A stretch of DNA of 18,652 bases from Candidatus Fervidifonticultor quintus (GTDB lineage: Bacteria; Sysuimicrobiota; Sysuimicrobiia; Sysuimicrobiales; Humicultoraceae), in assembly GCA_031459535.1 (NCBI GenBank), contig JAVKIJ010000065.1, positions 1 through 18,652 on the forward strand, in the 5' to 3' direction. Of this stretch, positions 7,885 through 15,685 are shown in pieces (the first letter of the stretch is position 1; each line of letters opens with the position of its first letter). The notes below the pieces were generated by a model. It was not told where the DNA came from, made no database searches, and worked only from the letters and a program-made list of their open reading frames with translations. Position numbers and translations under genes: made by a program.

Positions 7885-9081
7885 CTAGACCGCATAGCGC
7901 AACAACGCCTCCTCGTTGAGCGCCAGACCGAGCCCGGGGCCGGCTGGCACGTGGAGCACATCGTGCTCCAGGCGCAGGGGCTCTGTCAGCACGGCGTCCC
8001 CCAGCGGATTGTCGCCGACCCAATACTCCATGATCACGAAGTTGGGTGTCGCCGCAGCCAGGTGCGCGCTCGCCGCAAACTGGATCGCCGACCCGACGCT
8101 GACGTGGGGTGCGATACCCGCGCCGAAGACATCGGCGAGCTGCGCGATGCGCCGGCACTCGCTGAGCCCGCCAGCCCGGCACACGTCGGGCTGGACGATA
8201 TCCAGCGCTTGGCGCACCAGGAACTCCCGCACCTGGTACCGGGTGCTGAGCAGATCGGTCGCGATGGGGAGATCGAGGGTTCTGGCGAGCTGGGCATGCC
8301 CATCGATGTGCTCGGGAGGGATTGGCGCTTCCAGCCACCCAACGCCCAACGGCTCAAGAGCGCGGCCCAGGCGTCCGGCCTGGTCCACGTCGTAGTTTCC
8401 CGCGGCATCGCAGAGGAGCCACACGGATTCGCCGACCGCCTCACGGACGGCGGTGACGGTGGCAATGTCGGTCCCGACCCCGAAGCCGATCCCCAGTTTG
8501 ATGGCGCGAAACCCTCGAGCCACCAGCGCGCGGGCTTCATCCTGCAGCCTGCCCCGGGCCTGGGCATCGCACGCGTCCCGCAGTCCGGGCAGCCCCGATG
8601 CATAGACTGCGATCCGATCCCGGTACGCGCCGCCGAGTAACTTGCAGACCGGGACCCCGAGCGCCCGTCCCGCCAAGTCCCACAGGGCCAAGTCGACCCC
8701 GCTGATGGCCTCCAGCAGGAAGCCGCTGCCGTGCGCGCGCAGCCGCATGGCGCTGTACATGCGCTCCCACAGCACGTCGATGTCCAGCGGGTCTGCGCCC
8801 AGCACCAGCGGTGCCAGCAGGTCGCGCACAATTTCCCGCGTGGCCACCGGCGCCACCGGTGCCTTGGCCTCGCCGAACCCGACGAGCCCGGCATCGGTCG
8901 TGATGCGCACGATCACGGTGTTGATGGTGTCGCTGTAGGTGGCCCGCATGCGCCAGCGCGGGGGATACTCCTGCCAGGGTGGGGGAGACGCACCGTGCGC
9001 CCACGTCCGCGATCCCCAGTAGGACCGGGAGGCTGGGTTGGGAGCCTTGATGGCAAAGGCGTCCACGCCGGTGATCTTCAC
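7885..9081 (-). CDS. Mandelate racemase/muconate lactonizing enzyme (enolase superfamily) protein A, probable acid-sugar dehydratase
   Basis: Motifs 'SGVDLALWDLAGR..GVPV..LLGG', 'CDA', 'WLEAP', 'DIVQPD', 'APH', 'MEY' and 'VPAGPGLG'. I moved the start from 9153 to GTG 9081 because of a GGGAGGG RBS at 9094-9088, a GTGA overlap with the upstream stop, and an 'MKI' N-terminus matching the paralog. Confidence 0.9.
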   Translation of the reverse strand: MKITGVDAFAIKAPNPASRSYWGSRTWAHGASPPPWQEYPPRWRMRATYSDTINTVIVRITTDAGLVGFGEAKAPVAPVATREIVRDLLAPLVLGADPLDIDVLWERMYSAMRLRAHGSGFLLEAISGVDLALWDLAGRALGVPVCKLLGGAYRDRIAVYASGLPGLRDACDAQARGRLQDEARALVARGFRAIKLGIGFGVGTDIATVTAVREAVGESVWLLCDAAGNYDVDQAGRLGRALEPLGVGWLEAPIPPEHIDGHAQLARTLDLPIATDLLSTRYQVREFLVRQALDIVQPDVCRAGGLSECRRIAQLADVFGAGIAPHVSVGSAIQFAASAHLAAATPNFVIMEYWVGDNPLGDAVLTEPLRLEHDVLHVPAGPGLGLALNEEALLRYAV

Positions 9082-10118
9082 CACAATCCCTCCCAGAGGC
9101 GGTCCGGGGCGATGCGATCGGCCATGGCCAGCAGCAGCGGGCCCTGTCCCCACGGGAAGACACCGGTCGGCCGGCGGGTATAGGCGGACAGATCGCCCAC
9201 GGGTGTGGCTTCGGACACGCCGGTGAGATTGCCCTGGGCGTCGAGCGCGGACAGCGCGGCGTCGTATGCCCGCGCCGCGGCCGCCAGTGGGGCCTGCTGC
9301 CCACTGGTCTCTGGCCCCGCAAGCCCCAGCCTCACCGCCTGCGGAACGGCCCAGGCCATCATGGCGGCCACCGATGTCTCCAGGTACGTGTCAGGGCGGT
9401 CGAGCACCGTGTGCCAGTGGCCACTCGGATCCTGAAGCCGCAGCAGCGCGTGCAGCTGACGCCGGACCACGCTTCGGAGCCACTCCCCGCCTGCATGGTC
9501 GGCCGGTAGGAAGCGCAGCAGGTCCACCAGTCCGAGCAGCGCCCACCCGTTGCCTCGGCCCCAGCGAATCCCGTTGGGCCGGCCCGTGGCCACGTCACAT
9601 CCATGGCAGAACAGCCCCGTGCCCTGGTCCAGAAGCACCCTGATGTACGCCGTGATCTGCTCGACAGCCAGATCCGCCCACGAACGGTCGCCGGTGGCGC
9701 GGGCCAACAGCGCCAGGAATGCGCCGTCGGTGTAGAGACAGTCAACCCACACGTGCGTGGTCCACCCTTCGAGATCCGGCCGGTGGACGGGAACCCCTCC
9801 GACAACGGGCATGCGGCGGAAGAGATCTCCCAGCGCCAGCGCGGCGGTCAGCCACGTGGCGTCGTCGCGCGCGAGGATGAGCAGCGGCACACCGGGCGTG
9901 ACGTGGTCGGCGAACGGCAGCTCGCCCCGGCGGGCCTCGCGCCATCGGGTGAACAGCTCCTCGACTGCCTGCCGGTAGTGCGTCTGTCCCGTCACGCGCC
10001 ACGCGGCCAGGAGGCCGAGTGTGGCGATCGCCTCGCCGTACCCCCAGCACTTGTACGGGTAGGCGAGAGTCTGCCGCGCCACTCGGCGCAGGACTTCCTC
10101 GAGGGCGATCGCCCCCAT
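9078..10118 (-). CDS. Glycoside hydrolase family 88/105 (unsaturated uronyl hydrolase, YteR-like)
   Basis: Motifs 'WGYGEA', 'ADHVTPG', 'VWVDCLY', 'FCHG', 'WGRGNGW', 'QDPSGHWH', 'YLETS' and 'PWGQG'. I moved the start to ATG 10118, 4 nt after the upstream stop. No signal peptide. Confidence 0.85.
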   Translation of the reverse strand: MGAIALEEVLRRVARQTLAYPYKCWGYGEAIATLGLLAAWRVTGQTHYRQAVEELFTRWREARRGELPFADHVTPGVPLLILARDDATWLTAALALGDLFRRMPVVGGVPVHRPDLEGWTTHVWVDCLYTDGAFLALLARATGDRSWADLAVEQITAYIRVLLDQGTGLFCHGCDVATGRPNGIRWGRGNGWALLGLVDLLRFLPADHAGGEWLRSVVRRQLHALLRLQDPSGHWHTVLDRPDTYLETSVAAMMAWAVPQAVRLGLAGPETSGQQAPLAAAARAYDAALSALDAQGNLTGVSEATPVGDLSAYTRRPTGVFPWGQGPLLLAMADRIAPDRLWEGLW

Positions 10119-10122
10119 GGCG

Positions 10123-11043
10123 TCAGCGCCCGCCCGCAGCCGCCATGGCCAGCCAGCGCCGCACGATGGAGACGGCTGCATTACAGACCCGCCGGTCAGT
10201 CTGTGCGGTCCAGGCGCCCAGGTGCGGCGTCAGCAGCACGCGAGGATGATCGAGGAGCGGCGAGGTGATCACCATCCCCGGGACTTCGCCGGACAGAACG
10301 TCGGCCGCGTAGCCAGCGAGCTGTCCGGCATCCAGGGCCTCGATCACCGCGCGTTCATCGGCGATCTCACCGCGGCTCATGTTGACCACGTAGGCACCCG
10401 GCCGCAAGCGGGCCAGCGCCCGGGCGCCGATCATGTTGCGGGTCTCCTCGGTCAGAGGGACATGGAAGCAGACGACGTCGCTGCGGGCGAGCACCTCCTC
10501 GTAGGGCAACAGCGGTGCCGGCGCCGTGATGGGATCGATGTAGGGATCGCAGCCGATCACGTCCATTTCCAGCGCGCGTCCCAGCCGGGCCACGCGAGAC
10601 CCGATGTGCCCCACCCCGACGATCCCCAGGGTCTTGCCGTAGAGCTCCATGCCTTGCTCGCGGTTCCAACGGCGTTCGGCGTGCAGCCTGACGTGGTGGT
10701 CGGGAATGCGGCGCACCAGGCTCACGATGAGCCCCACGGTGAGCTCGGCGACCGCCGGGGCGTTCACCCCCGGGGTGTTGTGCACCACGATGCCCCGGCG
10801 TGTGGCCTCGGCCACGTCGATTTCGTCGAACCCGGAGCCCGGCTTCACAATGAGACGGAGGTGCGGTGCGCCGTCCAGCAGCGCGGCGTCCACGACGAGC
10901 CGGCGTGTGATCAGGATGTGGACGCCTCGCAGGTGGGGCCGCACGGCGGCGGCGGTGATCTCCGGTACCCGGACCACGTCTGCGATGCTCCGCAGCGCCG
11001 CCAGGGCAGCGGGATCGAACGGGCCGACGACGGCAGCGTTCAT
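10123..11043 (-). CDS. D-isomer-specific 2-hydroxyacid dehydrogenase (SerA/GhrB-like, no ACT domain)
   Basis: Motifs 'NTPGVNAPAVAE', Rossmann 'GIVGVGHIG', and the Arg/Glu/His catalytic set 'NMSRG', 'DVLSGE', 'TPHLG'. Asp in 'GCDP' suggests NAD preference. I moved the start to ATG 11043 (ATGA overlap with the amidase stop). Confidence 0.9.
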   Translation of the reverse strand: MNAAVVGPFDPAALAALRSIADVVRVPEITAAAVRPHLRGVHILITRRLVVDAALLDGAPHLRLIVKPGSGFDEIDVAEATRRGIVVHNTPGVNAPAVAELTVGLIVSLVRRIPDHHVRLHAERRWNREQGMELYGKTLGIVGVGHIGSRVARLGRALEMDVIGCDPYIDPITAPAPLLPYEEVLARSDVVCFHVPLTEETRNMIGARALARLRPGAYVVNMSRGEIADERAVIEALDAGQLAGYAADVLSGEVPGMVITSPLLDHPRVLLTPHLGAWTAQTDRRVCNAAVSIVRRWLAMAAAGGR

Positions 11044-12452
11044 GGACCGGCGCCGCGCGGCGCAGCGTGGCGCGGGCGGAGGGTATGCCATGGGGTGGCC
11101 TGTTCATAGGCATGGGCGAGCCGCAGGAGTCGCCCTTCGTCGTAGCGGCGCCCAACGATCTGAAGCCCCATTGGAAGGCCGGTGGCGCTGATGCCGCAAG
11201 GGACCGAGAGGGCCGGGTGGCCGGTGAGGTTGAAGGGCGCGGTGAAGCTGGCGTTGACGCCCCGGCGATGTGCCTCGGGACGCCGCGCGGCTTCCGCGGT
11301 CACGACCGGCGATGTGGGCATGACCAGCGCGTCCACGTCGCGAAGGACGGCATCGATCATCGCGCCCGTCACTCGCCCCACCTGGCGTGCCCGCAGGTAG
11401 TCGGCCGCGGTGAGGAACGCAGCCTGGGCGAGGTAGAGGCGTGCACTGCGGCCGTGGCGCGCCCAGTGTGTGCGCAGCACCGCCTCGTGGGCGGCGTAGT
11501 GCTCGGCGTTGAGTGCCACGAAGTTCGCGGCCCGGGCGAACTCCAAGGCGGACAGGTCCACAGCCGCCACCGGAACGCCCAGGCGCGCTAGGTCGGTCAC
11601 AGCCTGATCGAAGGCGCGCCCTACCTCCGGTTCCACGGGAATCGACGCGATGTAGCTCTCCGGAATGCCGACACGATACCCGCGCAACTCGGCCTCCAGA
11701 GCCTGGCGATAGTCCACCTGCGCGCTCGGCCGTGCCTCGGGGTCTTCGGGATCCCAGGCGGCCACAGCCTCGAGCACGAGTGCTGCGTCGGTGACAGTCC
11801 GAACCATGGGCCCAACGTCGCTCACCGTTCCCACATGCAGGCTACCGCTGCGGCTGATCAGGGCGTGAGTCGCCTTGATGCCCACCAGACCCATCTGCCC
11901 GGCCGGGAGCCTCACCGATCCCCCGCCGTCGGTGCCCAGCGCCGCGATGGCCAGCCCGGCCGCGACGGCCACCCCCGAACCGCTGCTCGAGCCGATCGCG
12001 ACGTACTGCGGGTTCCAGGGGTTGCGCGGGGGAGGATAGAAATCCTCGGGGCTGGGGATGCTCCAGCCGAACTCGTTCAGGTTGGTCTTGCCGATAATGA
12101 CGGCCCCCGCGCTCCGGAGGCGGGTCACGGCCGTCGCATCCCGATGCGGGATCCAATGTTCCAGGACCCGGGAGTTGGCCGTGGTGCGGATACCCCGAGT
12201 GGCAAGGCTGTCCTTCACCGCCATGGGGATGCCCACCAAAGGGCTCTCGTCACCATCCACCAACCTTCGCTCCGCGGCTCGCGCGTCAGCCACCGCCTGG
12301 TCGGCCGCCACGGTGATATAGGCGTGCAAGTGGGGGTCGAGTTTGGCGATGCGGTCGAGCAGCAGGGTGGTCACGTCCACCGGCGAGATGGCCCGTCGAC
12401 GGTAGAGTGCCGCCAGCTCAGCGATGGGCAGGAACACCAGATCCTCATCCAT
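11040..12452 (-). CDS. Amidase-signature (AS) family amidase
   Basis: Ser-cisSer-Lys triad motifs 'GIPMAVKD', 'GSSSGS' and 'LGTDGGGSVRLP', plus 'GKTNLNEF' and 'NLTGHPALSVPCG'. Confidence 0.92.
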   Translation of the reverse strand: MDEDLVFLPIAELAALYRRRAISPVDVTTLLLDRIAKLDPHLHAYITVAADQAVADARAAERRLVDGDESPLVGIPMAVKDSLATRGIRTTANSRVLEHWIPHRDATAVTRLRSAGAVIIGKTNLNEFGWSIPSPEDFYPPPRNPWNPQYVAIGSSSGSGVAVAAGLAIAALGTDGGGSVRLPAGQMGLVGIKATHALISRSGSLHVGTVSDVGPMVRTVTDAALVLEAVAAWDPEDPEARPSAQVDYRQALEAELRGYRVGIPESYIASIPVEPEVGRAFDQAVTDLARLGVPVAAVDLSALEFARAANFVALNAEHYAAHEAVLRTHWARHGRSARLYLAQAAFLTAADYLRARQVGRVTGAMIDAVLRDVDALVMPTSPVVTAEAARRPEAHRRGVNASFTAPFNLTGHPALSVPCGISATGLPMGLQIVGRRYDEGRLLRLAHAYEQATPWHTLRPRHAAPRGAGP

Positions 12453-12457
12453 CGTGT

Positions 12458-12661
12458 CTACCCGTCGCTAGCCTGCCGGGCGCCTGCGACGAGGAGGCTG
12501 GCGTCCGGAACCGTTTCCAGAAACCGTTGTAACGCCTGGGCTTGCTCGAGCAGGTCGTTGACCATCGGCCAGAGCGCCCGCAGTTCCTCGTCGGTCAGCG
12601 GCAGCCCCAGGGGACTGATGGCTGAGCGGAATGCATCCAGCGAGTCGAAGCGGGAGGCCAT
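12458..12661 (-). CDS. Small 67-aa protein, candidate amidase accessory subunit
   Basis: The ATG-initiated ORF fills the gap between two co-oriented genes exactly (4-nt and 5-nt spacers). Its sequence looks like an amphipathic helix: 'LGLPLTDEELRALWPMVNDLLEQAQALQRF'. Confidence 0.7.
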   Translation of the reverse strand: MASRFDSLDAFRSAISPLGLPLTDEELRALWPMVNDLLEQAQALQRFLETVPDASLLVAGARQASDG

Positions 12662-12665
12662 GGCG

Positions 12666-13871
12666 TCAGTCGCGCACGATGAGACGCACCAGTTTGTCCT
12701 CGTCGATCTCGATGCCGAGGCCGGGGCCCGTGGGAACCGTCAGATAGCCCTGCGTGGGGCTGATCGGGACCGTGACGATGTCCAGCAGCGGATTGTAGCC
12801 CGACCAGAACTCGTAGATCAGGAAGTTGGGGATCGCGGCGCAGAGGTGCAGCGAGGCTGCATGGTGGACCGCCGAGCAGACGCTGTTGTGAGGGCAGAGT
12901 CGGGCGTTGTACACGTCGGCCAGCATGGCGATCTTGCGGCACTCGGTCAGCCCGTTGGCGCGGCAGACGTCGGGGAGGACCACGTCGACCCCGCCTTCTG
13001 CCAGGCGGCGGGCGAACTGGTACCGCGTGGTCTCCGTCTCGCCCATGGCGACGGCCACGTCCAGCGTGCGGCACAGTTCGGCGTACCCGTGGTGATCCTC
13101 GCAGGGGAGAGGGTCCTCGAAGAACAGCACATCGTTCCGTTCCAACGCGCGGCCGATGCGGGCAGCGGTAGGCACGTCGTAGACGCCGGCGGCATCCAGC
13201 ATCAGGGCGATCTCGCCGCCGACACCTTCGCGGATGCGTTCCACGTTGCGGATGTCGACCTCCGGGCCTGCGCCGCCAGAGATCTTGATGCCGAAAAATC
13301 CCGCCTGGGCATGGTGCTGCGCCAGCGCCACCATCTCGTCGGTGTCGAGCACGGGTAGGTGTGACTGATAGACTCGCACCCGGTCGTGGTAGTCGCCGCC
13401 CATGAGCAGATGGACCGGGAGGCCAGTGGCCTTCCCAGCGATATCCCATAGGGCGATATCGATGCCGGCCATTGCCTCCGACATGAAGCCGGTGTGGTGC
13501 CCTCGGATGCGCATGCTGGCGTACATCTTCTCCCACAGACGGTCGATGGCGAGGGGATTCTCTCCGAGTAGGAGCGGCGCCAGCAGGGTGTTGATGATGG
13601 TGGCGGTGACCTGAGGCGCGATGGGGGCGTGTGCCTCGCCGTAGCCCACGATGCCTTCGTCGGTCGTGATGCGCACCAGGGTGGTCTCGATGTGGGCCGA
13701 GTACCTGGCCCGGTGGCGCCAGAGCGTCAGGTCCGCCACGCGCTGCTGGTCGATCACCGGCGCCCGACCCTCCCCCCCCGCCCGAGTGCCCCAGAATCCC
13801 TCGGCCCAGTAGGCTGCCATCTCGCCGTACGGCGCGCGCAGCACCATGGGTTCGATCGCGACAATCTTCAC
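12666..13871 (-). CDS. Mandelate racemase/muconate lactonizing enzyme (enolase superfamily) protein B, probable acid-sugar dehydratase
   Basis: Motifs 'AGIDIALWDIAGK..GLPV..LMGG', metal ligands 'LDA', 'FEDP', 'MGE', then 'DVVLPD', 'CPH', 'YEF' and 'VPTGPGLG'. GTGA overlap with the upstream permease stop. Confidence 0.92.
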   Translation of the reverse strand: MKIVAIEPMVLRAPYGEMAAYWAEGFWGTRAGGEGRAPVIDQQRVADLTLWRHRARYSAHIETTLVRITTDEGIVGYGEAHAPIAPQVTATIINTLLAPLLLGENPLAIDRLWEKMYASMRIRGHHTGFMSEAMAGIDIALWDIAGKATGLPVHLLMGGDYHDRVRVYQSHLPVLDTDEMVALAQHHAQAGFFGIKISGGAGPEVDIRNVERIREGVGGEIALMLDAAGVYDVPTAARIGRALERNDVLFFEDPLPCEDHHGYAELCRTLDVAVAMGETETTRYQFARRLAEGGVDVVLPDVCRANGLTECRKIAMLADVYNARLCPHNSVCSAVHHAASLHLCAAIPNFLIYEFWSGYNPLLDIVTVPISPTQGYLTVPTGPGLGIEIDEDKLVRLIVRD

Positions 13872-14692
13872 TTGACAGCCCCCGCGGTCAGCCCGCCGAC
13901 CAGCTGTTTCTCCAGGAGCAGGAAGATCACGATGATGGGTACCGTGCCCACCAGCGAGGCGGCCATGACCTCATTCCAGAACGTGATGTACTCGCCTTTG
14001 AACGATCCGAGCCCCACCGAGATGGTCCAGACCGAGTTGGTGTTGAGAAAGGTGCGGGCGAACAGGTATTCATCCCACGCCAGGATGGCCGCGTAAAGGG
14101 CGGTGGCCGCCACACCCGGCGCCGAGAGGGGGAGCGTGACCTTGAAGAGGGCGCCCAGCCGGGAGGTGCCGTCGATGTACGCGGCCTCCTCCAGTTCCCT
14201 CGGAATGCTGTCGAAGTAGCCCTTCAACATCCAGGTGGCAAAGGGCATGATGAAGGTCACGTTGGCAATGACCACGGACCACAGGGTGTTGATGAGTTTC
14301 AGGCCGCTCATGAACACGAACAGCGGAATCACCAGCAGTGTGGTCGGGAGCATGCGGCTCGCCAGCAGGAGGTACCCCAACCAGCCGCTGCCCCGGACAC
14401 GATAGCGTGACAGGCTGTAGCCAGCCAGGACGCTGATGGTTAACGAGAATGCGCCGGTGAGCACCACGACCAGGAGAGAGTTGACCATCCACCGGGCGAT
14501 GGGGCGTTCGGCGAAGATCTTGACGTAAGCCGCCACCGTGGCGTGGGGGTGAATGACCCTGGGCGGATAGACGTAGAGCTGGTCCTGTGGGGCCAGGGAT
14601 GTGTTGAACATCCAGTAGATCGGGAAGAACAGCGTGCCCACCACGACGGTGACGCCCAGGTAGAGCAACGCGCGTGCGAGCGATCGCCTCAC
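13868..14692 (-). CDS. Carbohydrate ABC transporter permease (MalG-like)
   Basis: EAA loop 'FDSIPRELEEAAYIDG', about six TM helices, C-terminal 'GGLTAGAVK'. AGGAG RBS at 14703-14699. Confidence 0.95.
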   Translation of the reverse strand: MRRSLARALLYLGVTVVVGTLFFPIYWMFNTSLAPQDQLYVYPPRVIHPHATVAAYVKIFAERPIARWMVNSLLVVVLTGAFSLTISVLAGYSLSRYRVRGSGWLGYLLLASRMLPTTLLVIPLFVFMSGLKLINTLWSVVIANVTFIMPFATWMLKGYFDSIPRELEEAAYIDGTSRLGALFKVTLPLSAPGVAATALYAAILAWDEYLFARTFLNTNSVWTISVGLGSFKGEYITFWNEVMAASLVGTVPIIVIFLLLEKQLVGGLTAGAVK

Positions 14693-14701
14693 ATCCGGCT
14701 C

Positions 14702-15637
14702 CTAATAGAACTCCCGGCCTGCCTGGCGAATGAAGAAGATGCTGATTGCGGTCGAGACCAACAGGGTCACCACCCCGATGGCAGCGGCGAAGCCCATGCG
14801 GAAGTTCGCAAACGCCTCGCGGTAGGTCATGATGGCCAGGGTCTCGGTGGCCCGGATCGGGCCGCCGCCCGTGAGCACCCAGATGATCGTGAACTCCCTG
14901 AACACCCACAACACCGACAACAACGTCGCCAGGGCCGCCACGCCCCGCAGTGCTGGGAGCGTGATGTGGCGAAACGCCCCGAACACTCCCGCGCCATCCA
15001 CGGCGACGGCATCATAGAGATCCTGGGGGATGGCCTGGAGGCCGGCCAGCAGCATCACCGCGAAGAACGGATAGCCCTTCCACACGGTGACCATGCTGAC
15101 CGCTGCCAGCGCGGGCCCGGGTTGCGTAATCCAGTTCACGGGCTGAGCGATAAGGCCCAACCTGAGCAGCAGCCAGTTCAGCAGTCCATAGGAGGGGTCG
15201 AGGATCCACCACCAGATGTTGACGGCGACGACGGGCGGAATGGCCCATGGCATCACCGCCAGCATGCGGGCCACGGTTCGGCCGCGGAAGCGCTGGTTCA
15301 ATAGCAGTGCCGTGCCGAAGCCGATGACAAGGGAAAAGCCGATGGAGATCACCACGTAGGCCAACGACACGCGCACCGCCTGCAGGAATCCGGGGGTCTG
15401 GAACAGCCTGACGTAGTTGGCGATCGTCAGCGGACCACGGGGCGCACCGGGCGTGTAGATGTCGATCCTGCGAAAACTGATGTCAATGCCGGTGAGCACC
15501 GGGTAGAGGACCACCACGGCCAGGGTCACGATCGCCGGCGCCAGCAGGAGGTAAGCGAACACCTGTGGGCTGCGGGCGGACCGCAACCAGGCCGGGGTCC
15601 GCACCGCTTGGGCCAGGACCTGGTTGGGGGCGCTCAC
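14702..15637 (-). CDS. Carbohydrate ABC transporter permease (MalF/UgpA-like)
   Basis: Motifs 'PWAIPPVV', 'WKGYPF', 'LAGLQAIPQDLYDAVAVDGA' and 'LTGGGP'. The start is probably GTG 15637 (GAGG 7 nt upstream); GTG 15685 is the alternative. Confidence 0.93.
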   Translation of the reverse strand: MSAPNQVLAQAVRTPAWLRSARSPQVFAYLLLAPAIVTLAVVVLYPVLTGIDISFRRIDIYTPGAPRGPLTIANYVRLFQTPGFLQAVRVSLAYVVISIGFSLVIGFGTALLLNQRFRGRTVARMLAVMPWAIPPVVAVNIWWWILDPSYGLLNWLLLRLGLIAQPVNWITQPGPALAAVSMVTVWKGYPFFAVMLLAGLQAIPQDLYDAVAVDGAGVFGAFRHITLPALRGVAALATLLSVLWVFREFTIIWVLTGGGPIRATETLAIMTYREAFANFRMGFAAAIGVVTLLVSTAISIFFIRQAGREFY

Positions 15638-15656
15638 GTCATGGCCTCGGCCGAGA

Positions 15657-15675
15657 GGGGCGGAATGCCCGCCCC
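15657..15675 (-). promoter_or_regulatory. GC-rich stem-loop between the binding-protein and permease genes
   Basis: Perfect 7-bp inverted repeat GGGGCGG-aatgc-CCGCCCC, 10 nt after the SBP stop. No U-tract follows. Confidence 0.5.
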
Positions 15676-15685
15676 CATGCGGCAC

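Noticed and set aside
9082-9153. N-terminal extensions in the ORF track (starts 9153, 10181, 11091, 15685)
   Set aside because: They give low-complexity extensions, three of which overlap the upstream gene. Downstream starts have an RBS or stop/start coupling.
10123-11043. Calling the dehydrogenase serA
   Set aside because: It has no regulatory C-terminal domain, family motifs alone do not define the substrate, and the operon context suggests another 2-keto acid.
11040-12661. Calling the small ORF plus amidase gatC-gatA
   Set aside because: There is no gatB, the small ORF is shorter than typical GatC, the motifs deviate ('NLNEFGW', 'TDGGGS'), and the context is catabolic.
24-13358. Many long alternative-frame or antisense ORFs (e.g. 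24-1235 +, 1786-2856 -, 4896-6110 -, 10117-11109 +, 11835-13358 +)
   Set aside because: They overlap genes with clear family motifs, are mostly R/P/G/A-rich or antisense mirrors with no recognisable domains, and are expected in high-GC DNA.
13772-13779. C8 homopolymer in enolase B as a phase-variation tract
   Set aside because: It is short, in frame, encodes Gly-Gly in a loop, and is unremarkable at this GC content.
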